Below are positions 1 to 11,662 of a DNA stretch of 64,000 nt, piece by piece (position 1 is the stretch's first letter; every line of letters begins with the position of its first letter). The stretch lies in the NCBI RefSeq assembly GCF_006345805.1, contig NC_042997.1, positions 40,610,001 through 40,674,000 on the forward strand. Direction: 5' to 3'. Origin of the DNA: Octopus sinensis (taxonomy: Eukaryota). Made by a program: the position numbers and the translations under genes. The notes under the pieces are model-generated. The model saw only the letters and a program-made list of their open reading frames with translations, had not been told where the DNA came from and did not search any database.

Positions 1-171
1 CCCTAAAAGAATGGAAGAATGTCTGAATCAGTGAATAAATAAACAAGTATAACCGAATACATATATATACATTCATTCAGTGATTTGTGCATTTAATCTC
101 GCAAAACCAACATTGAATCGATTATTGATTAGATCAATCTAGATATCCACATAAATATTCATTACACTCGT

Positions 172-291
172 TCAGTCTTCCCGCCCAAGTGTGTTGGACT
201 GTGCATTAATATCTATTACTATCTACCCCTGGACCGCCCACTTTCTATCTAAGTGCATATCGTCGCACATATCGTCTGGTCTTTAGTGAGT
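172..291 (+). promoter_or_regulatory. Candidate initiator plus non-coding first exon
   Basis: TCAGTC (Inr-like) at 172-177, an ATG-free segment, and donor gtgagt at 286-291 followed by (TG)n. Confidence 0.2.
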
Positions 292-348
292 TTGTGCGCA
301 TGTCTAATCAATAATGCGTGCGTGTGAGTGGCTATGTGAATGTGAATG

Positions 349-392
<44 letters not shown>

Positions 393-536
393 CGTGTGTG
401 TGTGTGTGTGTGTGTGTGCGTGTGTGCGTGCATACAAGTGTGTGTGCGAAAGAGCATTTCCACAGATTTGTCATTATTTCTGTCTGGCGTTTTCTACTTG
501 TTGATTAAGTATATCTATCCATCTAGCCATCTATCC

Positions 537-599
<63 letters not shown>

Positions 600-1129
600 T
601 GCCTGTGTGAGTTCACATATATAGTTTATATAACTTAAGTTTACACACACGTCCTATAGTATATATTCAGCCTTATGAGTTCAAAACTCACCTAGAGCAA
701 GTGCCTTATTCATACTTTCCGAGTTAATAAATAAAGTGGCCGCCTTTTCGAATCTCAACACCCTAAATTCATATTATCCTTACTGCCAGCAAAATTGGTG
801 ATTAACTTGCGAAGTCTTTAAGCTTGCGCCCAAAGCTAGTCGCTCTTAATGTCAGCACCTCAGCTGCCAGGAGAGATTGTAAGGAAATGCATTGGAGTCC
901 TGTGCATTCAAGTAGCTCCAGTTACATAAAGCTACTGGATCTGTTGTGTGTACAAGCAGATCGGTTACTTGTTTATCTGAGATTGATCAAGTGAAGTAAA
1001 CACCTTCGATGGGAACACAGCAAGGTTCGAAAATCGATTATGGACGTTCATGATTCTTTTAATCTACTGCAATGTTCGTATATCCACTACGTAAACTTAC
1101 ACACACACACACATACACACACACGTTAT

Positions 1130-1136
<7 letters not shown>

Positions 1137-1202
<66 letters not shown>

Positions 1203-1237
1203 CAGGCAGACAAACAGACAGACAGATAGATAGATAG

Positions 1238-1312
<75 letters not shown>
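1137..1312. repeat. (GATA)n microsatellite, representative of dozens of (TA)n, (CA)n, (TACA)n, (GATA)n and (AAT)n arrays
   Basis: Direct reading; similar arrays at e.g. 15432-15532, 35900-36033 and 18325-18640. Confidence 0.98.
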
Positions 1313-1313
<1 letters not shown>

Positions 1314-1828
1314 CATTTGATTGATAGATCGAGGAATTGATTGATTGATTAATTGACCGTTTGATTGATTGCAGATATAATTTATTATATATATGTATAT
1401 GTTCCCTTCCACAGTAGGCATCAATAACATTCATTTCTGAGAAAAAAGCGGTAATATATAATATCAAGAAATACAGAAGACAGCTGGAATATTTACGATG
1501 GTCTATATGGTATTTCTACAAGCAAAACTTTCGTCCGAGAATGCCCCAGTTCCGTATAATCTTCATAGAAATAAAACTTAAAGAAAAATCATGGTCATTT
1601 TATTATAGGGAAAAATATTTTATAAATATAACAAGAATATTTCTTCGTATAAAGCTGCATCACAGTGCCCTATAAAAATAAATGATGTTCAGTGTGATGT
1701 GTGAGTGCGCGCGCGTGTTTTGTGTGCTAATAAATAATTTAGAAAACGATATTGGTATTTGAAGCTTTAGAAAATAAACACGTGTTTCGGTGAAACGACC
1801 GCTACTATTACGCAAAACAATCAGCCAG

Positions 1829-1870
1829 ATGACATTCCTTCGGCGTTCCCAACGAAAGTTGAAAAGCTTA
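1829..1870 (+). CDS. Possible first coding exon MTFLRRSQRKLKSL (phase 0)
   Basis: ATG at 1829 and donor gtgagt at 1871, followed by (CT)n. TATAAAA at 1671 and TCAGT at 1689 lie upstream, but their spacing is only ~20 nt. No homology support. Confidence 0.2.
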
Positions 1871-1940
1871 GTGAGTCGACTTCCTCGCCTCTCTCTCTCT
1901 CTCTCTCCCTCCCTCCCTCTCTCTCTCCCCAAAATTTAAC

Positions 1941-2129
1941 TACATGTGGATTGTTGGCGATTTCTTTCCCCCCCCCCGTCTTCCTTGCCTCTGCCTCCTG
2001 TTTCTGAAGAAGAGCCTTGCTCGAAACGTAAAACACTCTTTCTTTCCTTCCCTAAGCGTTCTATTAATACCTTGCACGTCCTCGCGTTGTTGTTTTTTTT
2101 TTTGTGTTTTTTTTTCTCCTTTTGGGGGG
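1941..2129 (+). mobile_element. ~190-bp hammerhead-bearing repeat (Penelope-like terminal repeat or retrozyme-like), copy 1
   Basis: Shares gttggcgatt...cgtcttcc...hammerhead...cttctttccttc...cacgtcctcgcgttgttg with the copies at 6911, 8479 and 37331. Confidence 0.7.
1999..2035 (+). ncRNA. Minimal type I hammerhead ribozyme (intact core)
   Basis: TGTTT-CTGAAGA-A-GAGC(CTT)GCTC-GAAA-C-GT-A-AAACA. Stem I is TGTTT/AAACA, stem II is GAGC/GCTC, and helix III is the ACGT palindrome. Predicted cleavage is after GUA (2030). Confidence 0.78.
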
Positions 2130-3088
2130 ATATATATTCCAGTCATACAAATAGCATTCAACGCTATTGATGTGGCAAAACAATGGATAATGGGTTGTGA
2201 AGTAGCAGGATGCTGTTAAGGAAAGATATATAGTTGTATAGGTAAACCAAGGAGGACAAATAAGTTCACAACGCTTCCTTATATATTCATACGCAACCAT
2301 AATTGGACAATAGTGTATGGGAAAGGAGGAAACAGAATCAGTAAATTCATTAAGTCTGAATGATTGCCTGAAAATACATGTCATGCTATGCAATCTTGTC
2401 CGACCATTGTATTTTCAAAGGTATGAAACTAACAGTAGCTCGCATTTATACACTTCAAATGATCGCGATATCCGGGACTATAAAAATCTCGATAACGTTT
2501 TTAAAGAATTAAACGTTGATGAACAAAACAAGATGCTTTCCTTCATAACCTTGCTACCAGGAAGGTGGCTGGTCAAAATTTATCCTAAATTATAAGATAA
2601 AACGTACAGTACTATGTATGTATGTATGTATGTATGTATGTATGTATGTATGTATGTATGTTAAACCATTGGGAGTGAATGATTCCTAGCCTTTGTTAGG
2701 GCATCCTTCTAGGAGAAGGTAACTCAGGTAACTGGGATAACTCCGACATAAAATCTGCGGCTCAGTGGTTACCGATGATGTTGACTTGTTCTTCTTTTCG
2801 GATTATGGCTGCTGTTGCTTAGTGAGTGGGATTGACTCTGTGCACAGCCTTTCCTCACTTTAAAAAGAATCTTCTTGCACAGGCATTGCACTATAACAAC
2901 ATTGTTCATGATTGTTGATGGTGCTGTGAGTCTCAACTGAATGGTTGGCTGTAGCCTTAAAAGGCAAATAAAAGTCACATTCGATCACAGCACCAATAAC
3001 AGGTAAGCTTCCTGCAATGGCCTGACTCGATAACGAGGGGGCAGCTATCATGTATGTATGTATGTATGTATGTATGTATGTATGTATG

Positions 3089-3188
3089 NNNNNNNNNNNN
3101 NNNNNNNNNNNNNNNNNNNNNNNNNNNNNNNNNNNNNNNNNNNNNNNNNNNNNNNNNNNNNNNNNNNNNNNNNNNNNNNNNNNNNNNN
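3089..3188. other. Assembly gap (100 N)
   Basis: Run of n next to a (TATG)n array. Confidence 0.99.
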
Positions 3189-4089
3189 GACGTCACATAT
3201 GCGAGCCCTTTGTAGACACCGCACACTCACATGTGTGATATATTTCTGCTCTTGCAATATCACAAAGTCCACCTTGTGGTTAATTTGTTTTCAAATTTCA
3301 TCATACTCACTCGGGAGCAAAGATCAAGCTAGGTCGAACAAGTATTATATCTAGGAATAGTTATACATTTATTCAAAACACTGGTACATCTTGCGACAAC
3401 TACTACCATACACTCAAAAACAATGGTTAAGTCAGGTTGAAGTCGTATTATGTACAGAAGTCATGTATAGAAATAGCACAAAGTTCATATGTTTATGCTT
3501 AAGCCATAGTAGGTAGATTTGTCACAAAAGAACACTTTGTGACAACATCCAAGGTACACCAGTGCGATATATTATGTATGGTTGTACGTATATTTTCTTT
3601 AAGATGGCGCTAAAATAAAGCTGAGCATTGCTTCTTTAGTGCTAATGCGTCTTCGCGTGTATACGGTACAACTATATAAGCATGTCTCTTTCTATATATA
3701 GATCACTATAAAATAAACAATTGTGAACAAGAGAGAGCTTTCACTGGACTTGTTTCTCATTGTATTCTTTTATGAAGCATGCGTCATTCATGCATCATAA
3801 GAAATAATGCAGGTATTCTGTTTGAGAAAAGATTTTTTGTTATAACAAATACGTATGGCATTAATTCGACAAAGAATCGAAATAACTGCGCGGACTTGGC
3901 ACGAAACGGGTTTAACACAACTCATCCTATGCCATACATACATATATACACATACATATATACACATACATATATACACACATATATATATACACATACT
4001 TACATACAATACATACATACATACACACACACATACATACATACATACATACATACATACATACATACATACATACATACATACATAGT

Positions 4090-4417
4090 TAGGAGCACTC
4101 CGCCGGTTACGACGACGAGGATCCCAGCTGATACGATCAACGGAACAGCTTGCTCGTGAAATTAACGTGTAAGTGGCTGAGAATTCCACAGACACGTGTA
4201 CCCTAAACGTAGTTCGCAAGGAGATTCAGCGTGACACAGAGTGTGACAAGGCTGGCCCTTTTGAAATACAGGTACTACTCATTTTTGCCAGCTGAGTAGA
4301 CTGGAGCAACGTGAAATAAAGTGTCTTGCTCAAGGACACAACGTGTCGCCGGGAATCGAAATCACAACCTAGCGATCATGAGTCGAATGCCCTAACCACT
4401 AAGCCCCACGCCCTCAC
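4090..4417 (-). mobile_element. tRNA-derived SINE with CORE-like body and RTE-like tail
   Basis: Minus strand: A/B-box head, gtgtccttgagcaagacactttatttcac body, tail ...gtcgtcgtaaccggcggagtgc; inserted in (TACA)n. Confidence 0.85.
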
Positions 4418-4594
4418 ACATACATACATGCATACATACATACATACATACATAAGCAGAAGAACGAAAATGTGTAAGAGTGTTGTTATTTAGATTCCAA
4501 TAACGGAGATTTCTTTCTTAGAAGTAAACAACCCCTTTTCATTGTAACTATGGAAATATTTCCCCAAAAAAATTTAAATGACAAAACACGTATA

Positions 4595-4642
<48 letters not shown>

Positions 4643-4880
4643 GTGTGTGTGTGTAAGCAAGTGTGTTGGTCTGAGGTCCTGTGCTGAAACAAACGATTGC
4701 AGTGTGAAAGGCACAAGTTGGCCTTTCAGAAACACACGAAGACTTCGAGCAACAAAGTTTTCACACCATTATACAAATAAATATTTAAGTGAAGTTAAGT
4801 TAACGGTCATTGTGGGTTTCTGAATGGCTAACTTGTATCTTAAACACTGCAATCAATATCTCTGTCTCTGTCTCCGTCAG

Positions 4881-4944
<64 letters not shown>

Positions 4945-5166
4945 CTCTCTCGTCACTCTTTTCCTCTTTATGTGTGTGTGTGTGTTTGTGTGTGTGTCGC
5001 AAATGATAGAGACGGTAAATGGTATGTACAAGAAACTTTATTGCTTACAACCATCGTTTCGTCCCATTCTGCATCGGGTGCAATGCTATGTTTCCCTCGG
5101 TGAGGGTAAAGAAGTGTCTCGTCATGTGAATTTATGGATGGATGTATGTATGTATGTATATGGATA

Positions 5167-5211
<45 letters not shown>

Positions 5212-5216
<5 letters not shown>

Positions 5217-5335
5217 CCTGCTCGCTTAGCCAGCGGGGGCGGGCGTCATTCGAAGGCTAAAAACAATGTGAACGTATTGTGACCAGCGATGTGTAGCAAC
5301 ATCTGATGGTCTGGTCGGTCACGTCACGTCACACA
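5212..5335 (+). mobile_element. SINE 3' tail fragment (tail F)
   Basis: ttggcctgctcgcttagccagcggg...ggtcggtcacgt matches the 3' part of the element at 50277-50567. Confidence 0.75.
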
Positions 5336-5368
5336 CACAACACACCAACACACACACAACATATATAT

Positions 5369-5431
<63 letters not shown>

Positions 5432-5570
5432 CATCTGTGTGGATAAGTATATATATTACGATGTATGAGTATCGATACGTATGTATATATATATATATAT
5501 CTATATATATATATAGTGTGTGAATACATTTATATGTTAGGTATATATACACATATATTCCTATCCAAAT

Positions 5571-5652
<82 letters not shown>

Positions 5653-5655
<3 letters not shown>

Positions 5656-6910
5656 GGGTTGACAAAATAATGGGAACACCTATCATCATAGCATCATAAT
5701 TTTCAGATATCTAGAAAACCGTCAAAAGCTTGTTTATTTTTATGCTTTTTCATTTATTATTATTATTCCTGCTTAATATGTTTTGCTAAAATTGCTGTTT
5801 CTTTGAAGATATCATCAGTAAACGATAATTAAAATTCATTAAAATGACAGATCTATCGGACTTTCAAAGTGGTCAAATTTGTTGTGCTCCTATGGCAGAC
5901 GCTAGCATAACGAAAGCAACCGAAATGTTTGGTGTATCAAGAAGTACGGCCTCGAAAGTAATGACAGCCTTTGAGAAAGAGGGAAAAATCCTCCCCGCCG
6001 AAACAAAATTCCGGAAGAAAACCAAAACTTTCAGATAGGGACCGTAGGACTCTTGCACGAATTATTAGAAAGGATAACAAAAGTACAGCTTCCAAAATGA
6101 CTGCAGATCTTAATGACCACCTCGAGAACCCAGTTTCCACAACAACTGTTGGCCGGGAGCTGCGCAAAGCCGGATTTCACGGGAGGACGCAATCAGAAAA
6201 CTTCTACTTTCAAAAACAAACCTTGCAAAGCGTTTAGAATGGAGTAAAAACCTACAGTAAAAAAATCTAGAGCAATGGGAAAATGTTATTTTCTCGGACG
6301 AGTCATCCTTTACCTTATATCCGACCACCGATCGAATATACATGTGGAGACAGCCAAAGAAGCATTTGACTCAGACTGCCTTCTTCCAACTGTTAAATAT
6401 GGAGGAGGATCTGTGATGATCTGGGGGGGGGGGCTATATCTTGGAAATCTTCCGGTTTAGTGGTTTACTTTCATAGCAGAATTAATATTCAAGACTATTT
6501 AAGCATTTTATCTCATCAAATTCATCCTTTAGTTGCGAAACAGTTTCCGGAGGGAAACGCAATCTTTCACACAGCTAAATTTGTTACTAATGGTACGAGG
6601 AACATTCTAGAGAAGTTGAACATCCTATCTGGCCACCACAGTCCTCAGATATCAATATTATTGAACATTTATGGTGCATTTTAGAAAAACAAGTAAGGAG
6701 CCAATATCCTCCACCATCACCCCTACAAGAACTGGAGACTGTTTTAGGCGAAGAGAATGGACAAAAATTCCTTTGGAAACAATTCAAACTTTGTATGAGT
6801 CCATACTTCGAAGAATTCAAGCTGTAATTACTTCCAAAGGCAGTCCCAACCATATTAAAATAAATTTTTTTGAAATTTTAAGGTGTTTCCATTATTTTGT
6901 CCAAAGCCTA
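5653..6910 (+). mobile_element. Near full-length decayed Tc1-family DNA transposon
   Basis: TIRs aggggttgacaaaataatgggaacacc (5654-5680) and ggtgtttccattattttgtccaaagccta (6882-6910). Frameshifted transposase at 5844-6855: MTDLSDFQSGQI, SGRKPKLSDRDRR, FSDESSF, KYGGGSVMIWG, QSSDINIIEHLW. The second-Asp segment is deleted. Confidence 0.92.
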
Positions 6911-7112
6911 CATGTGACCTCGTGTGTACCGTTGGCGATTTTTTTTCCTGTCTTCCCTTCTCTGGATCTTTCCTTCTCCTATGTTTCCGACGAAGAGCTC
7001 CGCTCGAAACGTTAAACCCTCCTTCTTTCCTTCTTTCCTGAGCGTCCAATAAAACTTTATTTGTTCCACGTCCTCGCGTTATTGTGTTTTTTTTGTGTTT
7101 TCTTGTTTGGAT

Positions 7113-7116
<4 letters not shown>
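6911..7116 (+). mobile_element. Hammerhead-bearing repeat, copy 2
   Basis: Same family; abuts the Tc1 right TIR and ends in (TA)n. Confidence 0.72.
6983..7017 (+). ncRNA. Minimal type I hammerhead ribozyme copy with U4C core substitution
   Basis: GTTT-CCGACGA-A-GAGC(TCC)GCTC-GAAA-C-GT-T-AAAC. Confidence 0.6.
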
Positions 7117-7154
<38 letters not shown>

Positions 7155-7929
7155 CAAACATATATACATATATATACACATATATATATGTGTGTGTGTG
7201 TATTATATATGTCCATACGCAGACACACACATACATACGCATACACAACACACTAGCAATATAACAGAGTATGTCCAGTCTCCTCTGTAATTATCTCTTA
7301 ATTACCTCGTTAATTAAAAAATCATTATGCCAGTTGGATGCTTCAATGCGTCACACTGATGACTGATTTCATTCCAAGCTGGGAACCCTCAGTGTAGTAA
7401 AGAATCGAATATTGGATGTTCGAATTTATAGATGAACCGGAGTCCGGCTGGATTTGTTAAAAACGTGTGTGATATTGGCTTGACACGTTTCTTGCAGCGT
7501 TTCTTTTTTTAACATAGGTTTTTAAGTATTAAAATAGGTGGTTTCGCCGATAGTGATATTTTTGTCTTAAAGATATGCATGAATATTGATTTCTTGTTTT
7601 TCTTCTTCTGTTTTTTGTCTTTACCCTTTTTATTTTTAGCTGGGTCAGTTTTTGTGGTGAGTATCTAAGAATGGTAATTTTCCAATGAATCGCAATAAAA
7701 AGGAAAACTGTTATCGAGGATGCAATGAAAAGCATAGCGGAATCGGAATACAAACGCGGTCCAGTATATATATATATATATTATATATCATACAAACATA
7801 TATATATATATACATATGTAATAATATACAACATATACATATTTAATATATATATATATATATATATATTGATTGATTTTGATTTTTCCAGTTTCAGCCA
7901 ATGAGCTGTGGCCATGCTGGGGCACCGCC

Positions 7930-8435
7930 ATTTGGCTTGCTACACGATTCCACCTCACGGATGCTTTTTAGCAAACGCCATCTGAGCATGACTGAGTTCG
8001 ATGCAGCTGCCCTCATCTGCACTCCTGCCGTGAAGTTGGTTCACCGGGACACCTGACAGGAAGAGATCCAGTCCTACTTTAAAGACATCCGCATCTACAC
8101 CATGCAGGTCCCTCAGGTTCTTCGGGAGGATATTGAAGAGCCGTGGGCCTCTGAAGCCAGGCTATCACAATATCTTGTCCTACATCTTGATGGCAAATTT
8201 GGAGTCCTTGGTACTACGCAGTGGCGTCCGGTTCTGCATTTGTGTGACTCTCGATGCCAAAGTCTGGGACAAGACCTTCCAGGATCTTCCAGATATATAT
8301 TATGGCATATCTTTCTCGCCTACGCTCCAGGGAATAGAGCTTTAATCTCTTGAGTCTTTCCCAGTAGCTCATATGCTGCACAGAGGCTATCTTCTTCGTG
8401 TAGCTTCATTGGATCGCCTCAAGTTCTGTGATCAA
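7930..8435 (-). mobile_element. CR1-clade LINE 3' ORF2 fragment
   Basis: Minus-strand translation ELEAIQ*SYTKKIASVQHMSYWERLKRLKLYSLERRRERYAIIYIWKILEGLVP, later PRLFNILPKNLR and FKVGLDLFLSGVP; typical CR1 post-RT region. Confidence 0.85.
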
Positions 8436-8478
8436 TATATATACAGTATATATATATATATGTATGTATGTATATATA

Positions 8479-8666
8479 GTAAATCCAAACATGAAAACAC
8501 AAAGAGAAAACACAACAACGCGAGGACGTGGAGCAAGTATAGTGTTATTGGACGCTCAGGAAAGAAGGAAAGAAAGAGAGTTTAACATTTCGAGCGGAGC
8601 TCTTCGTCAGAAACACAGGAAAAGGAAAGATCCAAGAAGGGAAGACGGAGGAAAAAAATCGCCAAC
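8479..8666 (-). mobile_element. Hammerhead-bearing repeat, copy 3
   Basis: Reverse complement of copy 2 over most of its length; flanked by (TA)n on both sides. Confidence 0.72.
8580..8614 (-). ncRNA. Minimal type I hammerhead ribozyme copy
   Basis: Reverse complement reads GTTT-CTGACGA-A-GAGC(TCC)GCTC-GAAA-T-GT-T-AAAC. The core is intact, C15.2 is changed to U (U-G wobble), and the site is GUU. Confidence 0.68.
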
Positions 8667-8674
8667 ATATATAT

Positions 8675-8716
<42 letters not shown>

Positions 8717-9039
8717 AGATATATACGTATATACATACATACATGCATAAATATTCTGAACCGGTTATATTGGCGCGTGTGTGTGCTTATGTATGCTTGT
8801 CTTTGTTGTTGTACCTCATGACTATCACTAAATCAGAAAGCAAAATATATTATTGTATATATATGCATTCATATATATGTATGTATGTATGTGTGTATGT
8901 GTGTGCGTGTGTCTGTCTGTGTTTATGTGTGTGTCTGTGAATGTCTACATATATATATATATATACATATGTATGTGTGTATGTACGTACGTACGTATGT
9001 ATGCATGTATGTAAGTATGTATGTCTGTGTTAGAGACAG

Positions 9040-9801
9040 AAAATGCATCGATTTCTATAAACTTTACGGATGCCAATGAATTCTGAAGTAAATCCTGGGA
9101 AATATGCATCCCTACGGTTCTTGATATCAGGTAACCAGAAACTGTGAACGAGAACTTTTTCGGCAGACTCATCTCACAGGATGAAGAATAGGGCCATCAC
9201 TAAGGTCCAGTCGAAGCAATGGAATCATGATAGCTCACCATTTCCAAAGAAAGCTCGTGTCCAGCCCTCAACAGGCAAGGTAATGCTCACAGTCTTTTGG
9301 GACTAGCGCAGAGTAGTGATGATGGATTTTCTGGCAAAGGGCACCACGGTTAACGGGGCCAGTATATGCCCCTCAGCTACAGAAATTGCTGGACTCCATC
9401 AAAGCAGAGAGGTGTGGCATGCTGAATAAAGGAGTCCGCCTCCTCCAAGACGACGCCCCAGTTCACAATGTGCATGTTGCTCAGGTGAAATCACACTCCT
9501 GCGGCTATGAAATCCTTCCGTGTCCCTCTTACTCTCCTGACCTCGCACCATCTTACTTCCAATTCTTTCCATGCATGAAGTCTTTTTTGAAGGGGAAACA
9601 CTTTTCGGATGAACTTATTTCCGAGGTAAAGTCTTGGCTCCAGACGCAATCTGCCGACGTCTTCACAGCTATATGAAGCGATGAGAGAAGTGTGTTACCA
9701 TTGGTGGTGGGTATCTAGAGAAGGACTAATCACTATGCCAAGTTTCGTTTATCCCAGTCCTTGGGAAGTGGGCCAGGGAAATCTTTAATGGACATCCCTC
9801 G
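9040..9801 (+). pseudogene. Mariner transposase 3' fragment with right TIR
   Basis: GKVMLTVFWD, LLQDDAPVH, YSPDLAPSYFQFF; ends ...ttaatggacatccctcg followed by TA at 9802. Confidence 0.9.
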
Positions 9802-10554
9802 TATATACATATGTGTATGTATGTATGTATGTATGTATGTATGTATGTATGTATGTACGTATGTATGTATGTATGCATGTATGTATGTATGTATGTATGT
9901 ATGTATGTATGTATGTATGTATGTATGTATGTGTGTGTGTTTATGTATGTATGCATGTGTGTGTGTGTATGTATGTATGTATATATGTGTGTGTGTGAGT
10001 ATATATATATATATATAAATATATATACACTAGATTATATCTGACAAGTGAGAAACCTACTCAGTGCGCAGAATTAGCGATCGCATGACCAACTAAATTT
10101 CAACAAAAGTGCACACGCGCGCGCACAGATATATATATATGATAGGCTTCCGTACAGTCTTCGGAAACCAATTTCCGCTCACAACCCGAAAATATAGATG
10201 AATACTGTCGAAAAACGGTACTGAGTTCAGAAATATATGGTTGAAAATCAAACACTTCTCTACATAACCTGCCCGGTGGCAATTCTTACATACATACATT
10301 CATACATACATACATACATACATACAGACAGACATAGACAGACAGACAGACAGACAGACATACATACATACATGCATGCATACATACATACATACATACA
10401 TACATACAGACATACATACATACATACATATACATACATATACATTCATATATACATGTATGTGTGGGGGCAGTTTGTATGCAATCGTCTTTAGTTAGAA
10501 TTAAAAGGTTAATAAGATTGGTAACTTGCTAATTTTATCAAGTATATTTTTTTC

Positions 10555-10789
10555 TTTCATTTCTTCTACTTGCTTCAGTCATTTGACTGCGGCCATGCTA
10601 GAGCACCGCATTTAGTCGAACAAATCGACCCCAGGACGCATTCTTTGTAAGCCTAGTACTTATTTTATCGGTCTCTTTTGCCGAACTGCTAGTTTACGGG
10701 AACGTTAACATGCCAACATCGGTCGTCAAGCGATGGTGGGAGAACAAACACACACACACACACACACACACACAACACACACACACAAT

Positions 10790-10810
<21 letters not shown>
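10555..10810 (-). mobile_element. SINE family E, 3' half
   Basis: cagtcatttgactgcggccatgct...gtcaagcgatggtggg matches the family at 35152-35570. Confidence 0.8.
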
Positions 10811-10823
<13 letters not shown>

Positions 10824-11349
10824 GATAACGTCTTTCAATTACCGTCTATCAACTCTATATTTACCATTTTAATTATTAATTTCTCTATTAACTTCTGAAA
10901 GCTATATGATGACAGATTTATATAAATCAACAGTCATGGAGTAAAAAAAATTAAATTGCATCCAATTTTTCATTATCAATGGAATGTCCTAGTTTCAAAA
11001 TAAATTTTAGTGGAACGTATAAGATAGCCAAATACGGTGAATACACGAAATTTTTCTGTCAAATTGTTCAATCCTGAGAGGAGTAATTTTTTGCAGTATG
11101 GAGATGTTCATTATTATTTTGATTCACCAAAGAACACCCTTCTTCGGTGTTCTTTGGAAAATGAAAATAAAGTACACCTCACTCGAAATTTTCAGAGTAC
11201 ATTTTATTCGTGACTGTTTGGTTAGTTGTCAGAAATTCGAACTGAATAACACTACCAAACACTCATATAATCCTTATTAGAGTTAAGACTTGCTTTTTCC
11301 CCTACCCTAATGGAAACCACTGTTTTTTATATTTTACACTTTTGCAAAG

Positions 11350-11662
11350 TGTTAAGCATGGAAAACTCCAAAAACGGAGATTATATTTTGTTAAGCATGG
11401 AAAACTCCAAAAACGGAGATTATATTTTGTTAAGCATGGAAAACTCCAAAAACGGAGATTATATTTTGTTAAGCATGGAAAACTCCAAAAACGGAGATTA
11501 TATTTTGTTAAGCATGGAAAACTCCCAAAACGGAGATTATATTTTGTTAAGCATGGAAAACTCCAAAAACGGAGATTATATTTTGTTAAGCATGGAAAAC
11601 TCCAAAAACGGAGATTATATTTTGTTAAGCATGGAAATCTCCAAAAGCGGAGGATATATTTT
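11350..11662 (+). repeat. Minisatellite, 8 x 39 bp
   Basis: Unit TGTTAAGCATGGAAAACTCCAAAAACGGAGATTATATTT starts at 11350, 11389, 11428, 11467, 11506, 11545, 11584 and 11623 (last copy diverged); no spacers. Confidence 0.97.

Noticed and set aside
782-862. Minus-strand exon with good acceptor and gtaagg donor
   Set aside because: All three frames hit stops, and no homology was recognised.
2652-2780. HDV-like ribozyme in a LINE 5' UTR-like segment (cctag...ctagg, tctaggagaagg)
   Set aside because: I could not build P1 and P1.1 of the double pseudoknot by eye; it needs an RNArobo or Infernal search.
8102-8353. Plus-strand ORFs over the GC-rich 7930-8435 segment
   Set aside because: The true coding origin is the minus-strand CR1 ORF2.
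11350-11662. CRISPR-like array
   Set aside because: The units are directly adjacent with no unique spacers, there are no cas genes, and the context is eukaryotic.
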